The notes under the pieces are model-generated. The model saw only the letters and a program-made list of their open reading frames with translations. It did no database searches and was not told the DNA's origin. Shown one piece after another: positions 22,001 through 31,757 of a DNA stretch of 64,000 nucleotides. A program made the position numbers and the translations under genes. Each line of letters opens with the position of its first letter. Position 1 is the first letter of the stretch. Source of the DNA: Candidatus Tectimicrobiota bacterium (GTDB lineage: Bacteria; JACPUC01); assembly GCA_016192455.1 (NCBI GenBank), contig JACPUC010000006.1, forward strand, positions 248,001-312,000. Direction: 5' to 3'.

Positions 22001-25000
22001 CCTCGGCCGGCAGCATCGCCGGCGATATGATGGGCGGCGGGCTCTTTGTTGCTCCGTCCACGGCGGGGCAAGTGATCGTCCGCGCCATTGACGGCACCGG
22101 CAGCGAGGCCGCGGCGGTTGTCGACGTCATCCTGCCGGAGACCCTGAGCATCTCGCCGTCGATCGTGACCATGTCGCTTGGCGGCGCGCAAGGCTTCAGC
22201 GCCACCGGCGGCACCGGCCGCGGCTTCGTGTGGTCGGCCGAGCGCGGCACGCTGTCACCCACGACCGGTCCTTCGGTGACGTACGCCGGACCGAGCTCCG
22301 AGGCCACCGATACCGTCACCGTCACCGACAACCAAGGCAACACGGCGACCGCCCAGGTCACCACTACGGGCCGCGTTACGCTGACGCCGGCAACGGCCAA
22401 CTTGAATGCCGGCGATTCCATCGAGATGAATGCGCGGGGCGGCACGGGGCTGTTCTCATGGACGGCTACCGGCGGCACGTTCTCGTCAACCGCCGGCGCT
22501 ACCGTGACCTTCACGCCGCCGTCGATTTCGGGCACCTACACGGTCACCGCCACCGACACGGCGGCGGCCTCGGCCAATGCCAACGTCACGGTAACGGCAG
22601 TGCGCTTCGACATCTCGCCGGCCTCGGCTCAACTTGGGTTGGGCGAGGAGGCGCGCTTCAACGCCATCGGCGGCACGCCGCCCTACTCCTGGTCGGTGGG
22701 AGGCGGTGGCGTGGTTGATCCTACCAGCACCTCAACCTCTCAGGAGACGGTGACCTACTTTGCGCCGTCGAATTCGCGGGTTGACATGCTGACGGCGATC
22801 GATGCCCGCGGCAACATCGCCACGGCGGAGATCATCGTCGGCACCGCCCTCTCCCTGACGCCGACGTCGGCGAACGTCGGCTTCGGCGGCCAGGTGCGGT
22901 TCGAGGCGGTCGGCGGCGTGGCGCCCTTGAACTGGAGGGCGACACAGGGCACCTTCGACACGAACACCGGCCGCGCCGTCAACTTCACGGCGCCGGCGCA
23001 GGCCGGCTCCTTCCAGGTGACCGTCAGCGATGGGGCGAATCACAGCGCCACGGCCGACATCACCGTGGCCAACTTCCCGGTGGTGACGCCGCAGCGCGTC
23101 TTCGGGCGTGCCGGCTCGAGTCATACGTTCACGGCCCTCGGCGGCACTCCGCCCTACACCTGGTCGGCGAACGCCGGACCGCTCGGCACCACCTCCGGCC
23201 CCTCCACCACCTGGACCGCGCCAGCCGTGGGCGGTGAGTACACCATCACCCTGACGGACGCGCAGGGACTGAGCGTTCCCGCCACGGCGTTCATCGACCT
23301 GCCGCTGCGGATCACCCCGGAGAACGCGGCCGTCAACACCAACACCCAGGTCACCCTGGCGGCCTCCGGCGGCATCCCGCCCTTCAACTGGACGGCCAGT
23401 GCCGGCGACTTCGACAGCACCACCGGCGGCTCCGTCACCTACACCTCCCCGAACACCTTCGGGACGGAGACGGTGACGGTGCGCGATTCAGCCGATACGT
23501 CCGCCTCGGCGACCATCAACGTGGTGGCGCCGCTGCGCATCACCCCAGAGTTTGCCAGCGTCGCCCGCAACGGCACGCAGAGATTCAACGCCGTTGGCGG
23601 CCGCGCACCCTATAGCTGGTCCGTGGAAGCTGGCGATCTCAGCTCCACCGAGGGCCAGTCGGTCGTCTACACGGCGCCCAGCATTGGTGATCAAGACTTC
23701 CTCGTCACCTTGACCGACAATACGGGACAACAGGTGACGGCAACCGTGGCGGTTGATCGTCGCCTGCGGATCACGCCTACCTCCGCAACCGTCGAGCCAG
23801 GGGGCCGGCGGCGCTTCGTGGCGCAGGGTGGTGTGACGCTCGAAGGCGCTGAGTTCATCTGGACCGCGACGAATGGCACCTTCGTCGATCCCGATACGGG
23901 GGCGGAAGTGACGCCGGAAGGCCGCATCATCACCTTCCAGGCTCCCAACACGGTGGGCACCTCGGAGATCACCGTCATTGACCTGCAGGATACCGAAGCC
24001 CGGGCGCAGGTGACGATTGCGCGTCCCGTGCGGGTAACCCCGAGCTCGGCGCGCGGCGTTGCCGGCGGCCAGACGCTCGTCTTCCAAGCCGTTGACGGCG
24101 CGCCCCCCTACACCTGGACGGCCAGCGCCGGCGATCTCGATACGACGGAAGGCTCCACGGTGATGTACACCGCGCCGAACGTCCGCTCCGACATCCAGTT
24201 GACCGTTGTCGACAACGCCGGCAAGTCGGCCACCGCGAACATCGAGGTGACCGGTCGCCTGCGCATCACGCCGGGGTCGGCTAATGTCGGTCCAGGCGCG
24301 TCGCAGACCTTCAACGCGCTGAACGGTGTGGGCCCGTACATCTGGGCGGCCTCCGCCGGGCAGTTCACCAGTACTGACAGGACAGGGGGGATCATCGACT
24401 GGCAGGCGACGAACCTGACGCTCGGTCAGGAGGCGACGATCACGGTGGTTGACGCGCAGGAGAAAGAGGCGACCGCCAGGGTCTTCGTCGCGCCGGCCCT
24501 CCATATCACCCCAACACAGAGCATCCTGCCGCTCGGTGGCCGGCAGGAGTTCGTGGGGACAGGCGGCACCCCGCCGTACACCTTGTCGATCACGGGACAG
24601 GGCAACCTGAGCAGCGTGTCGGCGGGTGCGGGCGAGCGGGTGACCTACAGCGGCCCCAACGTCTCCGGCCAAAACACCGTGGTATTGACGGACCAGGCCG
24701 GACAGATGGCGCAGGCCCTGGTGACGATTCGCCAGCGCCTGCGGGTGACACCCGGAACCGTCGTCGTGGAGCGCGGCTCAACCGTGCGCTTGACCGCGGT
24801 GGGCGGCACGGGTGAAAACATCTGGGTCGCCTCGGCAGGCGATCTCAGCAGCACGGCGGGCTCCACCGTAAACTACACGGCGCCGATCATCTCCGGCACC
24901 TACACCGTGGAGGTCGTCGATACGGAAGAAACCTCCGCCTCGGTCACCGTGCTGGTCAACGAGGGCGGTATCCACGTGACACCTGGGATGGTGACGGTGG

Positions 25001-26646
25001 ATCCGGGCGGCGTTGTCCAGTTCACCGCCTCGGGCGGCACGGGGACGTTCCGTTGGACCACTGACGCCGGGTTCCTCAGCACCGTGCGGGGCAACTCGGT
25101 CAGCTACACCGCGCCGAGCATCACCGGCGACCTGCTGGTCACCGCTCAAGACTCGGCAGGCAACTCCGGCACCGCGAAGGTGGTGGTGAGCGGCGCGCTG
25201 CGGGTCACCCCCGGCGCCGCCACCGTCAACCCCGGTGCCACAGTCTCCCTGCAGGCAACCGGCGGGGCCGGCCAGATCAACTGGTCAGCTCCAGAGGGTG
25301 GAGGCCTGAACCCAGTTACGGGTGGGAGCACCACCTTCACCGCGCCGCCGACGACGGGTCGCTTCCACGTCGTCGCCACCGATGGAGCTGCGAACCAGGC
25401 CGCGGCTGTCGTCACCGTGATCAATAACCGGATCAACGTGACGCCGGCGACCGCAAACCTCGAAACCGGCGGCACGCAGCAGTTCACCGCCAGCGGCGGC
25501 AGCGGCGCCTTCACGTGGGTTGCCGAGTCCGGCGGCATCAGTGTCGACACGACAGGCGCTGGCATCACTTACACCGCACCCGGTGTCACCGGTGAGTACG
25601 ATCTCTTGGTGTTCGATAGCGCCGGCAACGGTGGCATGGCCAACATCACCGTTGGGGCTCCCTCCAACCGCCTGGTGATCACGCCCTCGGACGTGACGCT
25701 GGATCAGGGGCAGGAGGCGGTCTTCACGGTGAGTGGCGGCACGCCGCCGTACACCTTCTCGGGCGCTGCCGTCACCATGGTCTCGAACAGCACCGTCTCC
25801 TTCTCGGCGACCGAAGCGGGGTCCTTCGTGATCACCGCGGCGGACTCCGGCGGTCGCAGCGCCAGCGCCACGATTACCGTCAACGAAGCGCCGGTGAATG
25901 ACCAGGTGCCTACCATCCTCATGGCTGGCTTCGGCACCACGGCCATTGATCACACCTCGGGACGCGGTGGCGCCATCACCGTGCAGGCGCAGGTGATCGA
26001 CGATGGCGGCCCGAACGGCTTGACCGTGGAGGTCTTCACGGATCAAACCGATCCGACCCGCAATGTCGCCTTCCTCAGCCGGTTCGAGCGCCTGCGGCAC
26101 CTCGGCGACAACATCTTCGCCACCCGGCTGGAGCTGCCACCTGGAATCTTCTCGGCGAATACCCAGTTGCCGATTCCTGGGTTCCGGATTGTTGCGACCG
26201 ATGCAGGCGGGAATCAGGGCACCTGGCCAGCCCTCAACGTGCGCAACGAAGCGGTGGCGACGCCGCCGACGATTCCCGATCCTCCGGCCCTGCCGAGGAC
26301 CTGCGCCCCCTACCCGGTCATCTCCATGGCAGGGTTCAGGGCCTCACCGTTCCTGTACGGCACCTCGACTGGCGGAAGCGCCGAGATTGCCGCGCAGATT
26401 TGCGGTGGCATAGGTCCTGTGAGGGCGGACGTGTTCATCCAGGTGCCGGGTCTCTTCGGTGGTCCGAGCATCCAGGCGCCGTTGCTGCCCTTGAGCGACG
26501 CGGACGGCAATGGCATCTTCGACTCGGGCTTGCTGCCGATTGGGCCTGGGGTGCTGCCGCTGGGTGAGTTTGACCTTAACTTTGGCGTCCAGGCCACGGA
26601 TGGGACGACGAAGACCACCTGGCCGGAGCTCAACATCGTGCGCTAG
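19015..26646 (+). CDS. Giant secreted adhesin/surface protein: signal peptide, PPC-like domain, NIDO-like domain, 24 Ig-like repeats, two C-terminal MAG...WP domains
   Basis: 2543-aa ORF; GGGGAG RBS; FDPYIYLL..DDDSG (PPC-like); IGFNF..INSNGYLSF..IAPAW (NIDO-like); 24 hand-counted ~76-85 aa beta repeats; alternative start at 19078. Confidence 0.88.
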   Translation: MGTHHVSDCFARGGPLPAALRMKERTLQAGYLLVALLLALLVIPALPTVAQGQACTTNTINLDSTVNGTLSTTDCRSPRRASGFAELWTFNGTAGASISIAMSSAFDPYIYLLDSNGQIVAQDDDSGPGLDSLIRVQLPRSGQYTIEATEFCCLRTGTYTLTLGQEVPLPPINLGNGPFWENNLGSNLGMPRYSTREEAIGFNFQYAGQTFTRVHINSNGYLSFSNGEPAVAPSVPIFLGQVGPRNPRIAPAWGWWEVQCCSLGGQFGPAGVWLRRDPGTSGQNDARLIVTWNNVAERWDGGRNRFQVQLEQDGTISFHYGDVRNLQGPLITGISPADGGGTAVDFSTVPQMPIPPTGGGIYENFPPRRIDLSGRSIYFNRRLMGNTVTYSVTPEKAPPPEEDPAFPLGVTPANAVVSDDSPSTSFVAVGGVEPYAWRTQNGRLSATEGETVTYTKATGATGQDVVFVTDSRGTIVQASVNVVSQRLSITPLAAQTDLGATVNFQVQGGLPPYNIVASSGQLSSNNTANFVYTAPQIQGEHTITVTDTLGAAVTATVVTDIDLNITPRADIVSLAAEGGPRTTQLTAVNGRAPYRWVTSHGQLSSTEGASISLTPPDFTIDVLVTVTDSTGSMISSRIEVVAGVRVTPEGVVLNRGGMVTLSASGGLPATDSTRTYTWSTSQGRLDSTQGSGVIYTAPNEVGEFTVNVRDDQQSEATVSIRTVNPNLALTPSFVNLARSGQQLFTVSGGDGPFTFTATSGTLSQTVAGAATSLSKRQRSSSPQTVYSAPDFTGEFVVRVEDNAGRTAFARITVAGPIMITPGHSNLEPEGTQQFVTTGGTAPITWTASQGNVSQDGLYTAPNIVGEYMVTATDASGDSASATLSVTDTAIRLTPIFQRVQPRATINFTVNGGTSRYSWQAARGTLSATEGANVTYTAPGDTGVDIVLVVDTQGNSNRAQVFVLGALSITPETATVATGGSATFRLNGGVPPLNFVASAGSIAGDMMGGGLFVAPSTAGQVIVRAIDGTGSEAAAVVDVILPETLSISPSIVTMSLGGAQGFSATGGTGRGFVWSAERGTLSPTTGPSVTYAGPSSEATDTVTVTDNQGNTATAQVTTTGRVTLTPATANLNAGDSIEMNARGGTGLFSWTATGGTFSSTAGATVTFTPPSISGTYTVTATDTAAASANANVTVTAVRFDISPASAQLGLGEEARFNAIGGTPPYSWSVGGGGVVDPTSTSTSQETVTYFAPSNSRVDMLTAIDARGNIATAEIIVGTALSLTPTSANVGFGGQVRFEAVGGVAPLNWRATQGTFDTNTGRAVNFTAPAQAGSFQVTVSDGANHSATADITVANFPVVTPQRVFGRAGSSHTFTALGGTPPYTWSANAGPLGTTSGPSTTWTAPAVGGEYTITLTDAQGLSVPATAFIDLPLRITPENAAVNTNTQVTLAASGGIPPFNWTASAGDFDSTTGGSVTYTSPNTFGTETVTVRDSADTSASATINVVAPLRITPEFASVARNGTQRFNAVGGRAPYSWSVEAGDLSSTEGQSVVYTAPSIGDQDFLVTLTDNTGQQVTATVAVDRRLRITPTSATVEPGGRRRFVAQGGVTLEGAEFIWTATNGTFVDPDTGAEVTPEGRIITFQAPNTVGTSEITVIDLQDTEARAQVTIARPVRVTPSSARGVAGGQTLVFQAVDGAPPYTWTASAGDLDTTEGSTVMYTAPNVRSDIQLTVVDNAGKSATANIEVTGRLRITPGSANVGPGASQTFNALNGVGPYIWAASAGQFTSTDRTGGIIDWQATNLTLGQEATITVVDAQEKEATARVFVAPALHITPTQSILPLGGRQEFVGTGGTPPYTLSITGQGNLSSVSAGAGERVTYSGPNVSGQNTVVLTDQAGQMAQALVTIRQRLRVTPGTVVVERGSTVRLTAVGGTGENIWVASAGDLSSTAGSTVNYTAPIISGTYTVEVVDTEETSASVTVLVNEGGIHVTPGMVTVDPGGVVQFTASGGTGTFRWTTDAGFLSTVRGNSVSYTAPSITGDLLVTAQDSAGNSGTAKVVVSGALRVTPGAATVNPGATVSLQATGGAGQINWSAPEGGGLNPVTGGSTTFTAPPTTGRFHVVATDGAANQAAAVVTVINNRINVTPATANLETGGTQQFTASGGSGAFTWVAESGGISVDTTGAGITYTAPGVTGEYDLLVFDSAGNGGMANITVGAPSNRLVITPSDVTLDQGQEAVFTVSGGTPPYTFSGAAVTMVSNSTVSFSATEAGSFVITAADSGGRSASATITVNEAPVNDQVPTILMAGFGTTAIDHTSGRGGAITVQAQVIDDGGPNGLTVEVFTDQTDPTRNVAFLSRFERLRHLGDNIFATRLELPPGIFSANTQLPIPGFRIVATDAGGNQGTWPALNVRNEAVATPPTIPDPPALPRTCAPYPVISMAGFRASPFLYGTSTGGSAEIAAQICGGIGPVRADVFIQVPGLFGGPSIQAPLLPLSDADGNGIFDSGLLPIGPGVLPLGEFDLNFGVQATDGTTKTTWPELNIVR

Positions 26647-26981
26647 CTGTCCCGCGCAGAGCCGCCGAGTCGTCGGCTGCTCGGGCCGGTGCGGCTTCTC
26701 TCAGGATACGGGGCGCTCCACACGGAGCGCCCCGTATCATTTGCCGCGACCAACATGGGCCTCACCTTGCTGAGGACGTCCCTCCAGGAAGCCATCCGGC
26801 CCTGCCCAGGGTGGGCAGCTTCCGCCGGCAGGGCAAGGCGTATGTGTGACAGGACAGGACCGCCAACTCCAAGGCGGAGGTGAGGCGGAAGCCGGCGATC
26901 CCGCCGGGGGAGATGCGCCGGCGGGCGATGTCCGCGGCGCGGGGGGTGCTGGGTGAGAAAGGATCGAGCGGCGGGAGTCTT

Positions 26982-28772
26982 CTACCGCTGTGGCAAACCT
27001 ACATCAACCCGCGGCGCCTCCGCTTCGGGGGCTCCATCGCTCGCCGCGGTGAGCGGCTGATCGGCGAGGGGCGTCGCAATCGAGCGCACCGTGTGGTAAG
27101 CGAACTGCATCTTCTCGCTGGCGAGGACCGCTCTCATCACCTTGGTATTGATCTTGTCCAGCAGACTCGCCCGCCGCCGCGGATGGGCAAGGAACCGCAA
27201 GGCCAGCTCGACCCCATCGGCGGCGGCCATCGCGCGCACCAGCGGCTGGGTCGAATCGACGCGGATGACGTACGCGCCCGCCATCTCGGAAATCTGCGCC
27301 ATGGCGCGCTCGGCTGAATGGACGATCTCAGCCTCTTCCAGCATCAGCCGCAGCATGAGATCGCGGGCCTTCTCCCAATCGCTCTCGTAGGTCAACGTGA
27401 ACCTTAGGTGACACCAAACGAACGGGAAGCCGCGCGTGTAGTTGATGAGGGGATGCTTGAACACGGCGTTGTTCATCAGGACGACGAGGCCGCCCGTGTA
27501 GGTTCCTCCTTCAATGGGGTTGTTGATGCCGAGAGGGGCCGCCTGTTGCAGCGTGGTCCTCAAAAAACCGATATCGACGACCTCGCCGCATTGATCCCCG
27601 ACCTGGATCCAATCGCGGTTGCGGTAGCCGCGTGGCCCGCGGATGAAGAACCAGGCTGCAAAACTGGCGACAATTTCTTGCAGCGCGATGGCCAGGCCAG
27701 CGACGGCGAACCCGAACAGGGTCAAGACATTGGAGAGGCGATTGGCGAAGATGATGGCCAGGCCCAGGAGGATGACGCCGGTGGTGATCAGCGACAGGAG
27801 CTTGTTGATGAGGTAGCGCCGCCGCGGCTCGACGATGCGGCGCGCGATGATGCGCCGGATGACGATCACCAGCAGCACCGCCACGAGGAACAAGGCGCCG
27901 ATCAACATCAGGTCGCGCTTCCAGCGCTGGTAGGAAGCCGCCTCCTCTTTCGCCCCTCCCTCTTTGATGAGCTGCGTGGCTTCGGCCAGCACGAGCTCAT
28001 GGCGGACTTGCTGAATCTGCTCGCTAACGCGGCTCACTTCCTCGAGCAGGTTCTGCTGCTCGTTCCAGAGCTTGTCCCACTCGTCGCCCGCGAGGCGGGG
28101 CGAGCCGTAGAGGCGACGGCTGATCTGGTCAATTGATGGACGGAGAGAGCGTTGCCGCTTCAGCAACGTTTCAAGTTGTTCGCGCAAGGTCGCGGTTTTC
28201 TCCTTCGCGAGGCTGGCCTCCTTCTTTGCCTGCTGCACCCTGGTCTTTCTCTGAATGGCCTCCTCGATCGGCGTCGTCACAGCTTCGGGCGCCGGCGGCG
28301 CCTCGGTCTTCTTCGCCGCCAGCTCAACGCGTTCCTTGGCGATCTGGAACTTTTTCTTTTCCTGATCGTAGAGCTTCTCCAGGGTGGCTCGCTGCTCGAC
28401 AGCCCGCGCCAACGCCTCCTCGGCGGCGCGCAGGGCGGCCTCCCGCTCCCGAACCGCGGCTGCCCGTAAGGTCGCGCGCGCCTCCTCCAGGGCGTCCCGC
28501 GCCTCCTCCACCTTTTGCCGCAGGTTGCCTTCCGCCTCCTTAGCCTTATTGAGATCAACCAGCCTGTTGGTCAGCTCCTTTTCAGCGGTCTGCAGCTCAA
28601 CCTGTTTGGTGGCTTGGGGCGCAGGTTGCTCGGCAACGTGGGCGGGCATCGTTTGAGCGAACGCCGGGGCAGAGAGCAGCAGGAGCCCAACCAGCAGGCC
28701 CGGCCACACACGCAAACGCCAACGCCTGCTGCACATCAGCATGGGTAACGCGCGGGGCGGGTGGGGGGTCAT
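26982..28772 (-). CDS. MscS family mechanosensitive channel with long N-terminal periplasmic coiled coil
   Basis: Signal peptide, E/K/A/R-rich helical region, 3 TMs, GLAIALQE, DWIQVGD..GEVVDIG..T, NYTR, YESDW; start uncertain (28742-28772). Confidence 0.85.
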   Translation of the reverse strand: MTPHPPRALPMLMCSRRWRLRVWPGLLVGLLLLSAPAFAQTMPAHVAEQPAPQATKQVELQTAEKELTNRLVDLNKAKEAEGNLRQKVEEARDALEEARATLRAAAVREREAALRAAEEALARAVEQRATLEKLYDQEKKKFQIAKERVELAAKKTEAPPAPEAVTTPIEEAIQRKTRVQQAKKEASLAKEKTATLREQLETLLKRQRSLRPSIDQISRRLYGSPRLAGDEWDKLWNEQQNLLEEVSRVSEQIQQVRHELVLAEATQLIKEGGAKEEAASYQRWKRDLMLIGALFLVAVLLVIVIRRIIARRIVEPRRRYLINKLLSLITTGVILLGLAIIFANRLSNVLTLFGFAVAGLAIALQEIVASFAAWFFIRGPRGYRNRDWIQVGDQCGEVVDIGFLRTTLQQAAPLGINNPIEGGTYTGGLVVLMNNAVFKHPLINYTRGFPFVWCHLRFTLTYESDWEKARDLMLRLMLEEAEIVHSAERAMAQISEMAGAYVIRVDSTQPLVRAMAAADGVELALRFLAHPRRRASLLDKINTKVMRAVLASEKMQFAYHTVRSIATPLADQPLTAASDGAPEAEAPRVDVGLPQR

Positions 28773-29153
28773 GGAGCGTGCTCCCGCTGGAGCGGGACGG
28801 GAGGGAGTGCCAGGGCGCCGCCTTGGAGCGGCCCACGGCGCAACCCGAAGAGTCGGCCCGGCTGTCCCTTGGCCGGCCCTCGCGTCTGGCTGGCAGGTCG
28901 TTTGAAACATCAGGGCGCCGAAAGTTCCCCCCGAGCGTCTCATGGCAAGCAATGGTGCGGAGCGCCGTCGGCTCGGCGAGCAACGAAGGGCAGGGCGCAA
29001 CCGTGCTGCGACCATCCCCGGTCGGGCGGCTGCGAAGCTCGGCTGGGAGGTCAGCCTGACTGGCTCCCCTTTGCGGGCGACAGATGCGCCGAGGAAGGCG
29101 CGTCTGCTGGGCCGGTCGTCCCCGCCAGACCGCCGCGATCGTGCGCTCCCCGG

Positions 29154-29864
29154 CTACAACGCCAGGAGCCGCATCGCCAGCCCTAGCCCAAGAGCAAGGC
29201 TGGCAATCCCGGCCAAACCTTGGAGACTGGCGCGAGCCGCGCCGGAGCGCCTGGCGGCAGCCTTGAATGGAATGCCGATGAGGAAGCTGACCAGGAACAT
29301 CATCGTTGAGGAAGCCAAGCCAAAGGTGAGGACGAACAGCAGTTGCGCCAGCCGCGATGAGAGGGACGACGTGATGAACAGCACCAGCGCGCCGCTTCCG
29401 GCCAACCCGTGGCACAGACCGACCAGCAACGGGCGCGCCCACGCGCCGGAGAGATGCAGGCCGGAGAGATGCACATGCTGATGCGCCAGCAGGGAGTCGG
29501 TATGGAGATGCAGATGAGTATGCGTATGACCGTCGTGTGCATGGCGGTGGCGGTGAATCCGGACATCCCGCAGCGAGTGAAGCAGCACTCGACCGCCAAG
29601 GTAGATCAGGATCGCGGCAACCCCCAGCTCCAGCCAGATGCCGGCGTTCGGGAAGATCCTGAAGCCGAAGCCGACAATGACCAGTGCCGCGGAGAGGATC
29701 GCCAGCGTATGCCCAACCCCCCAAAAGGCTCCTTGCAAACAGGCGCGCGCCAGCCCCTTCTGTTCACTCAGGAGGGCCGACACCGCGGCCATGTGATCGG
29801 CCTCCAGGGCATGCTGAGCACCCAGGACCAAGCCTAGCGAAAGCGCCGTGGTGATCTCCAGCAT
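29154..29864 (-). CDS. Nickel/cobalt transporter (NicO/UreH-like)
   Basis: HALEADH motif, WGVGH, His-rich loop HRHRHAHDGHTHTHLHLH, HGLAGSG. Confidence 0.88.
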   Translation of the reverse strand: MLEITTALSLGLVLGAQHALEADHMAAVSALLSEQKGLARACLQGAFWGVGHTLAILSAALVIVGFGFRIFPNAGIWLELGVAAILIYLGGRVLLHSLRDVRIHRHRHAHDGHTHTHLHLHTDSLLAHQHVHLSGLHLSGAWARPLLVGLCHGLAGSGALVLFITSSLSSRLAQLLFVLTFGLASSTMMFLVSFLIGIPFKAAARRSGAARASLQGLAGIASLALGLGLAMRLLAL

Positions 29865-29972
29865 CGAATCGGCCTACCGAGGAAGGTGAAAACAGCCTGA
29901 TCCCGGCTCCTCCAGCCCCCTCCCCAGCGGCAAGGGGAGGGCCGCGCCGAGCAAGGCAGGGCTGCGGCGGAA

Positions 29973-31757
29973 TCAGACATCCAGCACCGGCCACGGCGCC
30001 GGCTCGGGGCGGTTCGACGGATCGGCCCGGTAAGCCGTGGTGGCCGCCACATCGACAGCGAGGCGCCGCGGATCGATGATGACGCCGTAGTCGCGGCGCG
30101 CCTCCTCGAGGCCCACGAGGCCCTCCACGACATCCTGCAGGACGTGCTGGGGCTCGCGCAGGAAGGGATCGCCCCAGCCGCCGCCGCCGCTGTACATGAG
30201 GCGATACGACTCGCCGCTCTTCACGGTGAAGCCGGAGAGCATGGGCGGCAGGCGTCGCTCCTCATTCTGGCAGGAGGTGATCACGGCGGCGCTCGGCCGA
30301 CCCGCCATGCCGCCATCGACCCCGCGCGGCGGGCAGCGCACGGACTGGAACTGCTGCGTCACCGTGATGTCGTGCCCCAGGGGGATGACCTCGAAGGTGC
30401 CGCCGACGCCGCCGCGGAACTTGCCGGGGCCGCCGGAGTTCGGTCGCATCGAGTACTGCACGACGCGCAGCGGGAAGCGTCGCTCCAGCACCTCCATGGG
30501 TGTATTGCGCAGGGCCGAGCCGCCCACCGGTGGGGTGGTGGTGTTCTTGCCGTCCTTGCAGTGATGCCCCCCCCAACCGCTCAGGCGCGAGTAGTAGAGC
30601 GGCGCGATGTAGTACTCGCCTGTCTCCGGGTGAATGCCTCCCGCGAAGTCGGTCATGGTGCTGGCGATCGAGCCGGCGTAGGCCTTCTCCGGACGCGCCG
30701 GCACCAAGGCCCGGATGATGGCGTCGTGGATGCGCTGAAAGGTGTCGTTCATGATGATCACCGGCGCGGGCGGGCGCGGGTTCACGACCGTCCCTTCCGG
30801 CGCGATGATGCGGATGGGCCGGTAGCAGCCGGTGTTGCTCTTCACGTCGGGCAGCGTCATGAAGAAGACGCCGGCATAGACCGCCGAGCAGAGCCCGGAC
30901 CAGGGGATGTTGATCGGTCCCTTCGCCTGCGGCGCCGAGCCGGTAAAGTCCACGATGAGGTCGTTCTCCGGCGTCTTCGACACGGTCACGGCGATGCGCA
31001 CGGGCTTGCCGTCCACCCCGTCGTCGTCGGCGTAGGCGTCAGCCCGGTAGGTCCCCTCGGGGATGCTGCCGATGGCGGAGCGCAGCAGACGCTCGCCGTA
31101 GTCGAACATCAGCGCAATGCTGTCGCGCACGGTCCGCAGGCCGTACTTCTTGACCAAGTGCAGCAGGCGCTGCTGCCCCACGCGGCAGCCGGCGATCTGG
31201 GCGTTGAGATCGCCGCGGAAGTGCTTCGGGGTGCGCGAGGCGGCCACGATCATGTTCAGGATGTCCTTGCGCAGCACGCCGCGGTCCACAACCTTGATCG
31301 GCGGGATGAGCAGCCCCTCCTGAAAGACCTCGGTGGCGTGCATGTAAGTGCTGCCGAGCATGGAGCCGCCGACGTCCTGGTGATGGGCGCGGATGGCGGG
31401 GATGAAGAGGAGCTCGCCGTCGATGAAGAGAGGAGCGTAGACATTGATCTCCGGGACGTGGGTGCCGGAGATGTACGGGTGGTTGTGAAAGATGATGTCC
31501 CCCTCGTTGATCTCCAGCCCCTCGCGGCGAAAGTAGTCGAGCATCCCTTTTGTGGAGTGCTCCAGGCCCCCCATGTGCTGGATGAGGTGCAGGCCCTCGC
31601 CCACCAGGGAGCCGTCCGCCGCCAGGATGCCGCAGGAGAAGTCGTGGATCTCGTTGAAGATCGTCGAGTAGGCGGAGCGCATCATGGCGATGCCCATCTC
31701 GTTGGCGATCGAGACGAGGGAGTTCTGAATCACCTGCATCGTGATGATGTCGCTCAT
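29973..31757 (-). CDS. Hydantoinase B / 5-oxoprolinase beta subunit
   Basis: RSAYS..E..DFSC, NHPY..GTH, HHQDVGG, QEGL.IPP, SGGPGKFRGG, GGGGWGDP; 4-bp overlap with the A subunit. Confidence 0.92.
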   Translation of the reverse strand: MSDIITMQVIQNSLVSIANEMGIAMMRSAYSTIFNEIHDFSCGILAADGSLVGEGLHLIQHMGGLEHSTKGMLDYFRREGLEINEGDIIFHNHPYISGTHVPEINVYAPLFIDGELLFIPAIRAHHQDVGGSMLGSTYMHATEVFQEGLLIPPIKVVDRGVLRKDILNMIVAASRTPKHFRGDLNAQIAGCRVGQQRLLHLVKKYGLRTVRDSIALMFDYGERLLRSAIGSIPEGTYRADAYADDDGVDGKPVRIAVTVSKTPENDLIVDFTGSAPQAKGPINIPWSGLCSAVYAGVFFMTLPDVKSNTGCYRPIRIIAPEGTVVNPRPPAPVIIMNDTFQRIHDAIIRALVPARPEKAYAGSIASTMTDFAGGIHPETGEYYIAPLYYSRLSGWGGHHCKDGKNTTTPPVGGSALRNTPMEVLERRFPLRVVQYSMRPNSGGPGKFRGGVGGTFEVIPLGHDITVTQQFQSVRCPPRGVDGGMAGRPSAAVITSCQNEERRLPPMLSGFTVKSGESYRLMYSGGGGWGDPFLREPQHVLQDVVEGLVGLEEARRDYGVIIDPRRLAVDVAATTAYRADPSNRPEPAPWPVLDV

